DNA of 64,000 nucleotides, from the NCBI GenBank assembly GCA_002269645.1, contig NIVC01003852.1, positions 9,731 to 73,730 on the forward strand, given 5' to 3'. Shown piece after piece: positions 30,165 through 41,768 of this stretch. A program made the position numbers and the translations under genes. This DNA comes from Macrostomum lignano (Eukaryota). Each line of letters begins with the position of its first letter. The stretch's first letter is position 1. The notes under the pieces were generated by a model that had not been told where the DNA came from, made no database searches, and was given only the letters and a program-made list of their open reading frames with translations.

Positions 30165-30754
30165 CCATGAACAGCTGAAGTAAAAGGACGCTCTGTACTA
30201 CCAGTACTAACTACAAGTAATAGAGGTTGAAGCTATTTATAAATAACTCTTATTCGTTCATAAATGCAGCTAGATAGATTTAGTAATCATAACCCAGCTC
30301 TAAACACAACTGCATGTACATTACATGTAGCAGAGAGTTTTCAAAATTTTGTAAAAAAACTGCCCTCGCTGTTTCTTATCTTTTGAAGCGGCCAGAAATA
30401 AACATGCAGTCTGCCGCAGCTTCTCAAGTCGCTTCAAGCTAAACGTTTGTTCAGCTTTTGTTTTAATCAACGTATACATGTACGAGTACTTGATCGGTTT
30501 CTTTTTTAATTAACTTATTTCTGATGCTTAAAATCATCCGCATGTGGCCACACGCAGCAAGATTTTGGCTTGCCTGCGCTTTCTCTTTACGGAGAAAAGA
30601 CCTGCAGCAGAGTACAGCCCCCAACCCTACCTCTGGCAGCGGAGCTCACCGCTTTTCTATTTTTAGCTTCGGGACGGGTTGAGTTCATTCAGGGAGGAAG
30701 GCAGAGAAACTGAGTCGGCGTGTCGCCACACGCGGCGCCCGCGCAGCAAAAGTC

Positions 30755-30761
30755 TATATAA
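30755..30761 (+). promoter_or_regulatory. Candidate TATA box of the vWA gene
   Basis: TATATAAG in GC-rich context, about 95 nt upstream of the ATG at 30853. Confidence 0.5.
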
Positions 30762-30852
30762 GCGAGCCTCGGGACTCCGGCCAGCTGCTCAGACACAGAG
30801 CAAAACCTTGCCAAGCTTCTGACTCTGAACCGAACGCTTTCTAAATAAAGGC

Positions 30853-32406
30853 ATGGCACTCCCTGGAGCTCAGCCGCTGGACTTGGCCTTCTCTTTCGAC
30901 ACGACCGGCTCAATGGGCTCCGTCATCAACGAGGTGCGCAGCAACATCGCCGAGATGCTGCAGCGGCTCACTACCGACATCCCGGACCTGAGCGTGGCTC
31001 TCATCGCTCACGGAGACTACGGGGACAAGTACGAGACGGAGATCCGCGACTTCGGCACCTCCACAGCGGACCTGGTGCGGTTCGCCAAGACTGTGCAGGG
31101 CACGTACGGCGGGGACGAGCCCGAGTGCTACGAGCTGGTGCTGCAGCAGGCCCGCACCCGCCTCAGCTGGCGCCCGCACAGCAGCCGCGCTCTGGTGCTG
31201 GTCGGCGACGCCTTCCCGCACGAGGTGGGCAGCGCCAGGAACAAGTACAAGATCGACTGGAAGGCGGAGACCGAGCTGTTGCACCAGCTGGGAGTCACCG
31301 TGTACTGCGTGCAGTGCGGCAGCGGCAGGAACTCGCAGAGCTTCATGGACCACGTCGCCAAGGTTACCGGCGGCCTGCGGCTCCCCCTGGCCGAGTTCCG
31401 GGGCGTTCGCGACTTCCTCATGGCCATCGCCTACCGGGAGGGCGGCACCGACGTCCTTCGCGACGGCTACGAGCGCGAGGTGCGCGCCAGGGACGGCGCC
31501 GCGCTGGCCGGCGACGTGAGCGCCATGCTGGGCCTCGTGCGCCGCTCGTCGGCGGTCACCCTGGCGGCCAGCAGCATCGCCGCCGACCCGTCCGGGGCAG
31601 TCACTGGGACAAAGACTGCGGCGAGGCGAACAAAGACTGCCAAAGCGGTGACCGCCGGAACTTCAGGAAAGGCGAAGAAGCCCGTCAGGAAGCCCGTCAC
31701 GAAGCCCGTCACGAAGCCCGTCACGATGCCCGCCAGGAAGCCCGTCACGAAGCCCGTCACGAAGCCCGTCACGAAGCCCGTCACGAAGCCCGCCAGGAAG
31801 CCCGTCACGAAGTCCGTCACGAAGCCCGTCACGAAGCCCGTCACGAAGTCCGTCATGGCAGCTGCGAGAATTTCGCGGGCGCGGGCTGCCAGGGCGGTCC
31901 GAACTCGCCGGGAGACCTGCTCCGACAGGCGCCTGCCCGCTGGGCTGGCCGCTCTCACCTGGTCTCCCTGGCGCTTGGTCGGTCAGCCCGGAAGCGTGTC
32001 CCGGTTGTCATGGCAACGCTTTGGAAGCGTCTCAGTGCGCAAGTCGCTGTTCAGTCGCGGCGGCGGTGGCGGCCAGCAAGTCGTGGAGCTCGCCGTGCAG
32101 CCGCGCCCCGGCGCCCGGCGCTTCCCGCTGTTCGGCCGCGTCCTCTCCGCCGGCAGCAGCCGACACCGCGGCGGCTTGCCGGTGGTCAGCGTGAAGAGGC
32201 TCCTGGCTGGCCGGCCGGCTGTCCGGGCCCAGCTTGAGCGGGTGCTGCGCCAGGGCATGCGGGTGTTCGCCAGGGTGGCCGACGCTGCTCCCGCGAGCCC
32301 GCGGCCCCGGCTGGCCAAGGCGGCGAGCTACGCGTGGAACAGCGGCCGCTCGGCGAGATGCGGCGGCGTCTTCGTGTCCGTGTCGGAGAGGAGCCTGCGC
32401 GGCTGA
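30853..32406 (+). CDS. Intronless vWA (MIDAS) domain protein with a basic KPVT-repeat linker and a possible degenerate GIY-YIG-like C-terminal domain, 517 aa
   Basis: [14 protein letters not shown] (DxTxS MIDAS), [15 protein letters not shown] and [10 protein letters not shown]. 12-bp coding repeats (KPVT/KPAR) at about 31680-31850. GC3-rich codon usage like neighbouring genes. Confidence 0.85.
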   Translation: MALPGAQPLDLAFSFDTTGSMGSVINEVRSNIAEMLQRLTTDIPDLSVALIAHGDYGDKYETEIRDFGTSTADLVRFAKTVQGTYGGDEPECYELVLQQARTRLSWRPHSSRALVLVGDAFPHEVGSARNKYKIDWKAETELLHQLGVTVYCVQCGSGRNSQSFMDHVAKVTGGLRLPLAEFRGVRDFLMAIAYREGGTDVLRDGYEREVRARDGAALAGDVSAMLGLVRRSSAVTLAASSIAADPSGAVTGTKTAARRTKTAKAVTAGTSGKAKKPVRKPVTKPVTKPVTMPARKPVTKPVTKPVTKPVTKPARKPVTKSVTKPVTKPVTKSVMAAARISRARAARAVRTRRETCSDRRLPAGLAALTWSPWRLVGQPGSVSRLSWQRFGSVSVRKSLFSRGGGGGQQVVELAVQPRPGARRFPLFGRVLSAGSSRHRGGLPVVSVKRLLAGRPAVRAQLERVLRQGMRVFARVADAAPASPRPRLAKAASYAWNSGRSARCGGVFVSVSERSLRG

Positions 32407-33064
32407 GCGCGCGAGCGACTCCTGCCGCTTCGTGATAGTCGTGGACTTTTTTGATAGCTTGAAGTTGATATTTTGACATATCTGTAAATCGATCGCATGC
32501 AATCGTAAGCATACCTGATATAAATAAATAAATATTTCAGATTTAGTTATATAAGGATTAAACGGAATGACAAATGAAAAACTTATTTTGCTTGAAGGCC
32601 AATATTCGTCGCTATGACGTCTCCCTGCCGTCACCGTCCCCCATTTCTTCGAGTCGGAGTTTTGACCAATTGAAATTTTCTCTGTTCGATAATATCAGCC
32701 ACACACAGTGCATGCTACTCAGTAGCAAACATGGGAGACATTCAAATAAAGAAGCTTAGCGCATCAAAACGGTTAATACTGTTGAGCCTTTGTAACAACA
32801 AAAGCCAAGCGTGATGAGCCAACCGCGGCGCATGCAGAGTTGCGGCTGCAGCTCCGCCATTTGCCATGTGGCACTGCAGCGAATCAAGTGCAGATCAGCC
32901 AGTGCAGTGGCTGGCTGGGCGATGATCCACTGGAGACTGAACCGACTGCTATTGCAAATACTGTAACTGCTTTTGCTTGACTTCCATCTAAGCAGTAAAA
33001 TTCTGAGCTTTTGCAACCGTTTGAACAAGGTAAGGACCCTTGTGAAACTTCTGCTTCAGGAGCA

Positions 33065-33925
33065 GTCACGATAGTATTAGATGAGTCCGTTTCAGGCCTC
33101 AATGACGCTCAGCTTCAGGACACAGTCCCGACAGTGTTAGATGAGTCCGCACCGCTCAGCTTCAGGACACAGTCCCGACAGTGTTAGATGAGTCCGCACC
33201 GCTCAGCTTCAGGACACAGTCCCGACAGTGTTAGATGAGTCCGCACCGCTCAGCTTCAGGACACAGTCCCGACAGTGTTAGATGAGTCCGCACCGCTCAG
33301 CTTCAGGACACAGTCCCGACAGTGTTAGATGAGTCCGCACCGCTCAGCTTCAGGACACAGTCCCGACAGTGTTAGATGAGTCCGCACCGCTCAGCTTCAG
33401 GACACAGTCCCGACAGTGTTAGATGAGTCCGCACCGCTCAGCTTCAGGACACAGTCCCGACAGTGTTAAATGAGTCCGCACCGCTCAGCTTCAGGACACA
33501 GTCCCGACAGTGTTAGATGAGTCCGCACCGCTCAGCTTCAGGACACAGTCCCGACAGTGTTAGATGAGTCCGCACTGCTCAGCTTCAGGACACAGTCCCG
33601 ACAGTGTTAGATGAGTCCGCACCGCTCAGCTTCAGGACACAGTCCCGACAGTGTTAGATGAGTCCGCACCGCTCAGCTTCAGGACACAGTCCCGACAGTG
33701 TTAGATGAGTCCGCACCGCTCAGCTTCAGGACACAGTCCCGACAGTGTTAGATGAGTCCGCACCGCTCAGCTTCAGGACACAGTCCCGACAGTGTTAGAT
33801 GAGTCCGCACCGCTCAGCTTCAGGACACAGTCCCGACAGTGTTAGATGAGTCCGCACCGCTCAGCTTCAGGACACAGTCCCGACAGTGTTAGATGAGTCC
33901 GCACCGCTCAGCTTCAGGACACAGT
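33065..33925. repeat. 47-bp minisatellite, about 18 near-identical copies
   Basis: Unit GCTCAGCTTCAGGACACAGTCCCGACAGTGTTAGATGAGTCCGCACC, with no spacers. Confidence 0.96.
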
Positions 33926-34359
33926 CCAGACGGGTGCACAAATTTTTAGCCCATTTATTAACTGCTACCAGACAATGTCACTGCAGTACTGCGAATAAAG
34001 TCAATGGCGTTTGCAGAGGCTCAGGAGATCTGCATTTACTCATAAAATTGACAACTCATCTCGCCGCAGACCGGCAGTGCCAAAAAGCATTAAGTGTCAG
34101 CTCGGATGCAGCGCTCAGGTCAGCCTGCAGGTCTTGATTCGATATGGATTCGGGCCAGACCGCCCCGACAGGCAGCCCACCAGATAATTGGGGGTCTCAG
34201 AGGCTGCGCGAGCCGTTTTGCTTCTCGGTGCCTTTTAGTGCTCTTGCTCGCCGAATCGCTGGATCCCATTTAGGGAATTCCGCGAGCTGCTCAAACAGCA
34301 GGGCTAGATAAACGAGGCACTGCTCCAAAGTAAACTGACTGGCGTTAGCCTCTATGAGT

Positions 34360-34560
34360 ATAACCCCAAACCTCAGTGACCCACCACAGCTTGCAGGAAT
34401 CCCAAACCCCAGTGACCCACCACAGCCTGCAGTAATCCCAAACCTCAGTGACCCACCACAGCCTGTAGTAACCCCAAACCTCAGTGACCCACCACAGCCT
34501 GCAGTAACCCCAAACCTCAGTGACCCACCACAGCCTGCAGTAACCCCAGGCCTCAGTGAC
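34360..34560. repeat. 36-bp minisatellite, about 5 copies
   Basis: Unit TAACCCCAAACCTCAGTGACCCACCACAGCCTGCAG. Confidence 0.9.
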
Positions 34561-35087
34561 CCATCAGTCGCTGTCCCCAGGTCAGGTATAAATACGTGTT
34601 TCAAATGAATCGAAGCAAATTTTATGCAGATGTTTCTTACTGCCCACTTTACCAATGGAAAATGACTGGCAATATCCACAAGCCAGATGGAGCTCATCAG
34701 CTCATTAAGCAGAAAGCTGAGCCCACCTGCAGCAACAGCAGGGCACAGCCTGACAGTCGGGCTGGACTCTGGACTGCACGCAGGAAAACGGGCAACGGCT
34801 CAGCCAGGGCTGAGAGATCAGCAGCAGTAGCGGCATCAGCAGCGGCAGCAGTTGGCAGTTGGGGTAGCAGCTGCCCCCCCCCCTTTGTCTCTGCAGGACT
34901 GGCTGGCCCGCAGCGGTCCGGGACCCCCCCCCTCAGCTGCACCTCTCTAAGTTACCTGGCCCGTTCTGAGCAGCCTGCTGGCCATCAATGATTGATTGCG
35001 CTGAGCTGCTGCTGCTGCAGCGGTGGATGCAGCGGCAGGCCGGAGGGGGTCACGCAATTGAGATCCTCAGCTGTTGAGCCGCTTCCA

Positions 35088-35381
35088 GCCCTCAGATTGA
35101 AATCCCCAGCTGCTCACAGCCCTCAGATTGAAATCCCCAGCTGCTCACAGCCCTCAGATTGAAATCCCCAGCTGCTCACAGCCCTCAGATTGAAATCCCC
35201 AACTGCTCACAGCTCACAGATGGAAATCCCCAACTGCTCACAGCTCACAGATGGAAATCCCCAGCTGCTCACAGCTCACAGATGGAAATCCCCAGCTGCT
35301 CACAGCCCACAGATTGAAATCCCCAGCTGCTCACAGCCCTCAGATTGAAATCCCCAGCTGCTCACAGCCCACAGATTGAAA
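35088..35381. repeat. 31-bp minisatellite just 5' of the claudin-like exon
   Basis: Unit CCCTCAGATTGAAATCCCCAGCTGCTCACAG. Confidence 0.92.
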
Positions 35382-35406
35382 TAATCAACTACCCGGCCGC
35401 TCCCAG

Positions 35407-38400
35407 CCTTCACACTGGACGTTCAGAAGTCTCAAGGTCGGCGCGCCGGCCAGCCGCGGCATCTCGACCTGCTGCTGCCGCCGCAGCCGTTGTCACCGCT
35501 GGCGGCATCGTCGTCAGCAGCAGCGGCGGCGGCGGGCCTGACGCCTGGCGACGAGGCGGCGCCGCCGAGGTCGCCGTTCGCGCCGCCGCCTCCACCGCAG
35601 CCGACGCCGACAGCGGGTCTCCGCGACGAGGTCGGCTGGCTGGAGTGGTCGCGCGACCGGCGGCGCTGCGACACCGAGGCGTCGATCGAGGAGGGGGCGA
35701 TCCCGACGCTGCCGCCGCCGGTGCACAAGAAAAAGCCGGCGGCGCGGAAAAATTCCGGCCGAGGCGGGCGCGGCGGGCGGAAGCGGCGTCGGCACCACAA
35801 GCCGGACGAGCCGGAGCTGACGCTGGCGCAGTGGAGCCGCCTGTTGGCCTTCTGGCAGCACCCGTTCTTCGTCCGCTCCCGCCAGCTGGCGCTGCTGCTG
35901 CTGGCGCTGGCCGTTGTCACCGGCGTCACCAGCCTCAGCAGCCGGTCCTGGGCCTTCTACATGCTGGGTGAGCGGACTGGCAGCTCCGACTCGCTAGGGA
36001 TTTAAATGCGTTCTCTGGTCTGCACTCTGCTGAGCTCATTCCCTAGTAACTGTGGTTGCTGACTGTACTCAACAAATCTTATTTCCAGTCTACTATACAG
36101 TCTATTCCGTTATGCATTCCACAGTCTACTCAACAATCTACTTCTCAATCTACTTCACAGTCTACTGAACAATCTACTCCACAATCTACTCCACAATCTA
36201 CTTCATAATTTACTCAACAATCTACTCCTCAATCTAAATCACAATCTACTCAAGAATCTACTCTGCAATCTACTCTACAATCTACTCCACAATCTACTCC
36301 ACAATCTACTCCACAATCTACTCCACAATCTACTTCTTAATCTACTTCACAGCCTACTCAACAATCTACTCCACCACCAACTTCAGACCGCCTCCCATTC
36401 GCTTTAACTGGCCAGCAGCAGGCCAGCACCGCAACCGGCTCGTGTCGCCCCTTCCTCACCGATTTCTCGGGGGAAATTGTCCCAGCCAGGACCAGTTCCC
36501 ACCCCCACTCGAAGCCATTGTATCTGACGCCACCGAAAAAGGAATTTCAGTGGGCGGTTCGCGGGAAAAATGGATGCAGACTCAGAGTGGCGCCTAATTG
36601 GGGTGGCGGTCCCAGCCTCCGCTCCAGCCGGCAGTTGCACCCAGGATTAATATTCCGCGTATTCTGACACGCTCGCTGACCTCGATTTTGGCCCTAACAA
36701 GGAAAATTTAGCAATTTTTGTTTCCCCTCAAAGAAGTTAAAAATTTTAACGCCCGAAAAACCGAAAACGAGGCGAAGCAGAAACTCGAACAGGGCCAGAG
36801 ACTCAAGTTGTCAGCTGTTGAGGCCACTGGGAGACTCTGCTGCACATTCTGACAGTCAGCAAACTGATGGGTCATGTGGCAAGCTCTCAGAGCTGACAGT
36901 CAGCATACTGATGGGTCATGCGGCAAGCTCTCAGAGCTGACAGTCAGCAAACTGATGGGTCATGCGGCAAGCTCTCAGAGCTGACAGTCAGCAAGCTGAT
37001 GGGTCATGCGGCAAGCTCTCAGAGCTGACAGTCAGCAAACTGATGGGTCATGCGGCAAGCTCTCAGAGCTGACAATCAGCAAACTGATGGGTCATGCGGC
37101 AAGCTCTCAGAGCTGACAGTCAGCAAACTGATGGGTCATGCGGCAAGCTCTCAGAGCTGACAGTCAGCAAACTGATGGGTCATGCGGCAAGCTCTCAGAG
37201 CTGACAGTCAGCAAACTGATGGGTCATGCGGCAAGCTCTCAGAGCTGACAGTCAGCAAGCTGATGGGTCATGCGGCAAGCCCTCAGAGCTGACAGTCAGC
37301 AAGTTGAATGCTAAAGAGCCAGGTTCAACTGTTTAAACCTCAACTATTTAAACCTCAATTCAACAAAAGATTCTGCAGCTGACTACTTATCAGTAGAGTA
37401 GCGAGCAAATTATTTTATTTTAAATTTATGCTTAAGAAAACGCTTGCGCTTGAAAATAGATTTCGTCTGACCCGCAGAAAATTCGACCCAGGTGATGTCC
37501 GGCCTGTGGGACACCTGCTTCCTGGCCAACGGCACGTGCGTGCACAACTTCCAGCTGCACTCGCTCTACATCGATGCTCACGGTGAGGAGGTTGCGCTAA
37601 AAAAACCGAGAGGGCTCAGCTGCCGCCCCTGCCAGTCTGAGGAGCAGAAAACTTCCGCCAGTCAGTCAGGAAAGGCGTTGGGCTTCCCGTTTCTCCCATC
37701 TGCTTGGTGCGCAGCCACCGCCCCTGCCGCCCCCGGCTCAACAGTGCGAGTGCAGGGGGTGACCGGCCTCCAAGCCGCCCGCTCACAGCCCGGCCTGCCT
37801 TCCTGTCTGCACCAGCTAAAAGTTCTCCAGCCTCGCCAGAGCTCCCTTCTAGTGGATTCCCCGGCTGCGAGTTACTGCAGCTCCGCGGCTTCCTGCGGTG
37901 CCGCCTCCTCCGGCCCTTCGGTGGTGAACTGGATTCGCTAAGGACATTAAGACAGGCAGACACAGGCAGACGCTAAGACAGGCAGACACAGGCAGACGCT
38001 AAGACAGGCAGACACAGGCAGACGCTAAGACAGGCAGACACAGGCAGACGCTAATGCAGGCAGACACAGGCAGACACAGGCAGATACAGACAGACGCTAA
38101 GACACAGGCAGACACAGGCAGATACAGACAAACGCTAAGACACAGGAAGACAGGCAGACACAGGCAGACACAGGCAGATACAGACAAACGCTAAGACACA
38201 GGAAGACAGGCAGACACAGGCAGACACAGACAGACACAGGCAGAAACAAGCAGAAACAAGCAGACACAGGCAGACACAGGCAAACACTGGCAGACACAGG
38301 GAGACACAGGCAGACACAGGCAGACACAGGCAGACACAGGCAGACACAGGCAGGCCATGAGACCCGGGGTGCAGGGGAAAGTGCAGCCCGCATCACTTGA

Positions 38401-41400
38401 TCGAGCGCGCAGCCGAGAGGGGTGGCAGCCGCCCAGCAGCTCCCCGCCTCCAGCCGGGCGGCTCGACGGAGTTGGTAGCGCAAGGAGGGCAGAAGTTGGA
38501 AAATGAATGAGGCAGAGAAACTGCGATGGAAAGAAATATGGGCGGATGCGAGGGGACAGAAGTGGGAGGAGAGTTGGGGGGAGGGAGACAGACACCCGGA
38601 CCAGGGAAAACTCAGCAGAGGGGAAACCCGAGACTGGGATTGGGAAGACCGATGAGGATAGGAGCAAGGGTAGCAGTGAGGACCCGCTGCCCAAACCCTG
38701 CCAGCGTCGCGGAGCTGCAGGCCGGCAGGGGGAAGAAAGGGGGATCTCAGCTGGTTTGATCCGGCGGCCGCTTCGATCCGCCTTCTGCTTCTGGCCGACC
38801 GCTTGGCGTTTCCGCCAGCCCGGAATTCGCGAACAGCCGGCCGGGCAGGCGGCCTCCCGCAGGCGCTGGCTGGGCGGAGGGCGGAGGGGGGCAGCGGCTG
38901 CATCGCCAGCTGGCCTCATCCCGTCAACTCATTTATCCCCGCCCACTACCACTGCTGCTGCAGCTGGTGGCCTCGTGCCGCAGTGGTGAATTGAATCAGC
39001 AGCCGCTGGCCTCCAGCCGGCAGATCAGCCGGGGACGCCAGTTCCGGGGAGGCGGGCTGCGAAGGGCGCCACCAGCCTCATCCGGGATCGCGCAGGAATT
39101 ATTTATGCGCCGAGCTGGGGGGGGGGCTCTGGGAGACTGGGGAAATCCGAGACAGAAGGCTCTCCGCCCGAAGAGTAGAGATGAAGAACGGAGAGGCTGG
39201 ATAGGCAAGTGGAGTGCAAAGAAAATGAAACTGAGAGGGGAGCTCTCTAAGGCGGGGCATCAGATTGATGGCGCGCTCTGCTCAGCTGAGGCTGTCGCTT
39301 CCAAAGCGGGCTGCCCCGCCCCAGCTGAGCCGGTGCCAAAATTCCAGCGGGCAGATGCAGCTGCTGGCGGGGCCGCGGCACGCGAGGCAGCGCGCCGCAA
39401 TGGAGGAGGCGCTGGCGGCGGCTGGTCCCCCGGTGACCCGTTGAGCCGCCGTTTGCTTCGCCCTCGCCGGACACCCGGCCAGGCGGGGAATTTGCAGAAC
39501 TGGCCGAGGCAAATGCCGCTGCTGTGAGTGGGAAGTGGGAAGTGATGAAGCATGAGGGACAGGGATGCTGGGCAGCCTGAGTGAGATGGGGCTGGGGCAT
39601 CGGAAGGGGCAGCGGCGGCGGATTAAGGCGCGGGCTCACCTGCAGGCTGTACTTTCTCTCCGCCTTCATTTCTCCCCTGCCGGCCTCGGGAGCTGATCTG
39701 AGCTCGCCGTGGATGCCGCGGCCTCCCCCAGCCTCCTCCGTCTGAGGTGTCGCGGGACTTCGAGGATCCGCGGGGAGGAGCCGTTGCCTCCACACCCTCC
39801 CCCGCCGCGGGAAGAGGCGAAAGCGGAGTCGCGGAGAGTAAGCTGGAAGCTGGAAGCCTCATCTCTGCGGAGGGCGGCAGCGGGTGGCCGCCCAGTGGCT
39901 GGCGGCCGGGCGGCCAACCCGAAGTGGAGGCCCCCCGGGGCTCTCGTGAGGGAAAAGTCGAGACGGGCAGGGCCCAGCTTCCCACAGATTCCCCTTCACT
40001 CTGTCGCGACCCGCTGCCCTCGCCCGAATTTCCCGCGCCGGAGCTCCCGACCGACTTCCGGGCGACTGAAGGCCCCCCGCCATCCAGCGAGTCAACCTGC
40101 AGCGATGTTGTCGACGCTTTCGCTGCCTCTGCCGCCGCCTCCGGTGCCGCCGCTGCCATGAGCGGCCGCCGGCGCAGTCGGCACCCGCCGCCGGATGAAG
40201 TCGCTGAAGAATTTCCTGAGCTTCAAGGTGCCGGACAACAGCGCCTACGAGCAGCGCGTTTACACCGAAGATTTCTGCTTCCAGGAGAAGCGGCGGCTGC
40301 GCTGGCGCTGCAGCGGCGCCGGAGCCTCCGTTCTGGCGCTCATCCTGTACGCCAACATGCTGCACCCGGCCTCCCACTGGACGGCCGGGCCGGCTGGCGG
40401 CGGCGGCGGCGAAGGCAGCGGCCGCGGCTCCGCCTGGTCCAGCCTGTGGGACGCCTGCTTCCTGCTGGCCTTTAACAAAACCGTGCCGCACGAGCTGCAG
40501 CACGTCAGCTGCGAGCACTTCGTGCCAGGTAGCTGCTGGCCCGCCACTGACAGCTGCGCCAGCCAGCCCATACCCGCCAGCCCATACCCGCCAGCCCATA
40601 CCCGCCAGCCCATACCCGCCAGCCCATACCCACCAGCCCATCCCCGCCAGCCCATACCCGCCAGCCCATACCCACCAGCCCATCCCCGCCAGCCCATACC
40701 CGCCAGCCCATACCCGCCAGCCCATACCCGCCAGCCCATACCCGCCAGCCCATACCCGCCAGCTCATACCCGCCAGCTCATACCCGCCAGTTCGTACCCG
40801 CCAGCTCATACCCGCCAGCTCATACCCGCCAGTTCGTACCCGCCAGCTCATACCCGCCAGCTCATACCCGCCAGTTCGTACCCACCAGCTCATACTCGCC
40901 AGCCCAGTGGTCTAGCATGATCATGTGACAGGCCCAGGCTCGATTCCAAGTGCAGTCCTATTAATTCGAAGCTAAATGGGAATCTCGGGTTCGCTCTGCT
41001 CGTGAAATTAACGCCCTTTAGGGCCAACCTTCAAGGCACAGTGAAGTGTACATGCCTAACGATAAATACACTCCTGTGTGAGGGTGTGCCTGTGCGTATG
41101 ACTGCGTACGTATCCGCGCGCTTGTGTGCCTGCTCAGTGGAGTCGGCGGAATGGGCAGCAATGCCTCTCCCCGTTTGTGTGCGACAATGTCGCTTAAAGT
41201 TCACCAGGCTGCACGCAGCCCCTGCCTCTGATAAAAAATACCCTCCGGCTGCTCAAAGTCCCATCGCACCGCTTCGCCCACCTCCAATGGAACCCCGCAG
41301 ACTGGCAGAAAGCGATCATCGGCCTGCTGTTCTTCTCCGTGCTGTTCGCTGCCATTGGCTCCGTGCTGGCCGTCTGCGGCCTCTGTGCCGGCCACCTGCC

Positions 41401-41724
41401 CAGAAAGATGTACTATTATCATTCTGCCGGCGAGATCTTCTTCGTGTCCGGTGAGACTCCGGCTTCTGCAGTGCCTAAACCTGTCACTTGGGGTCTGTCA
41501 CACTGATCTGTCACCCCTAAAAAGTCCAACCAGAAAGCAGCCGTCACGCACAAGAGTTAAAAGAGTCCCGGCTGCCTCAGCCCACCCTGAGCTCCTGAGC
41601 TCCATCCTCAAGCCGCAGCAGTAAAATGGCGGCCTTGAAAATTGAATTATGCAAAAATTTGCATCCACCGAAACACGCGGCCTGCCCGGCTGCTCAAATC
41701 TTAATGGAATAAAGCCAGCCAGCT

Positions 41725-41768
<44 letters not shown>

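Noticed and set aside
33065-33925. CRISPR-like appearance of the 47-bp, 37-bp and 44-bp arrays
   Set aside because: Units are head-to-tail with no unique spacers, there are no cas genes, and the context is eukaryotic.
38350-40150. Many overlapping GC-rich ORFs between the claudin-like modules
   Set aside because: No domain motifs or consistent splice structure; best explained as a GC-rich promoter/5' region for the alternative first exon.
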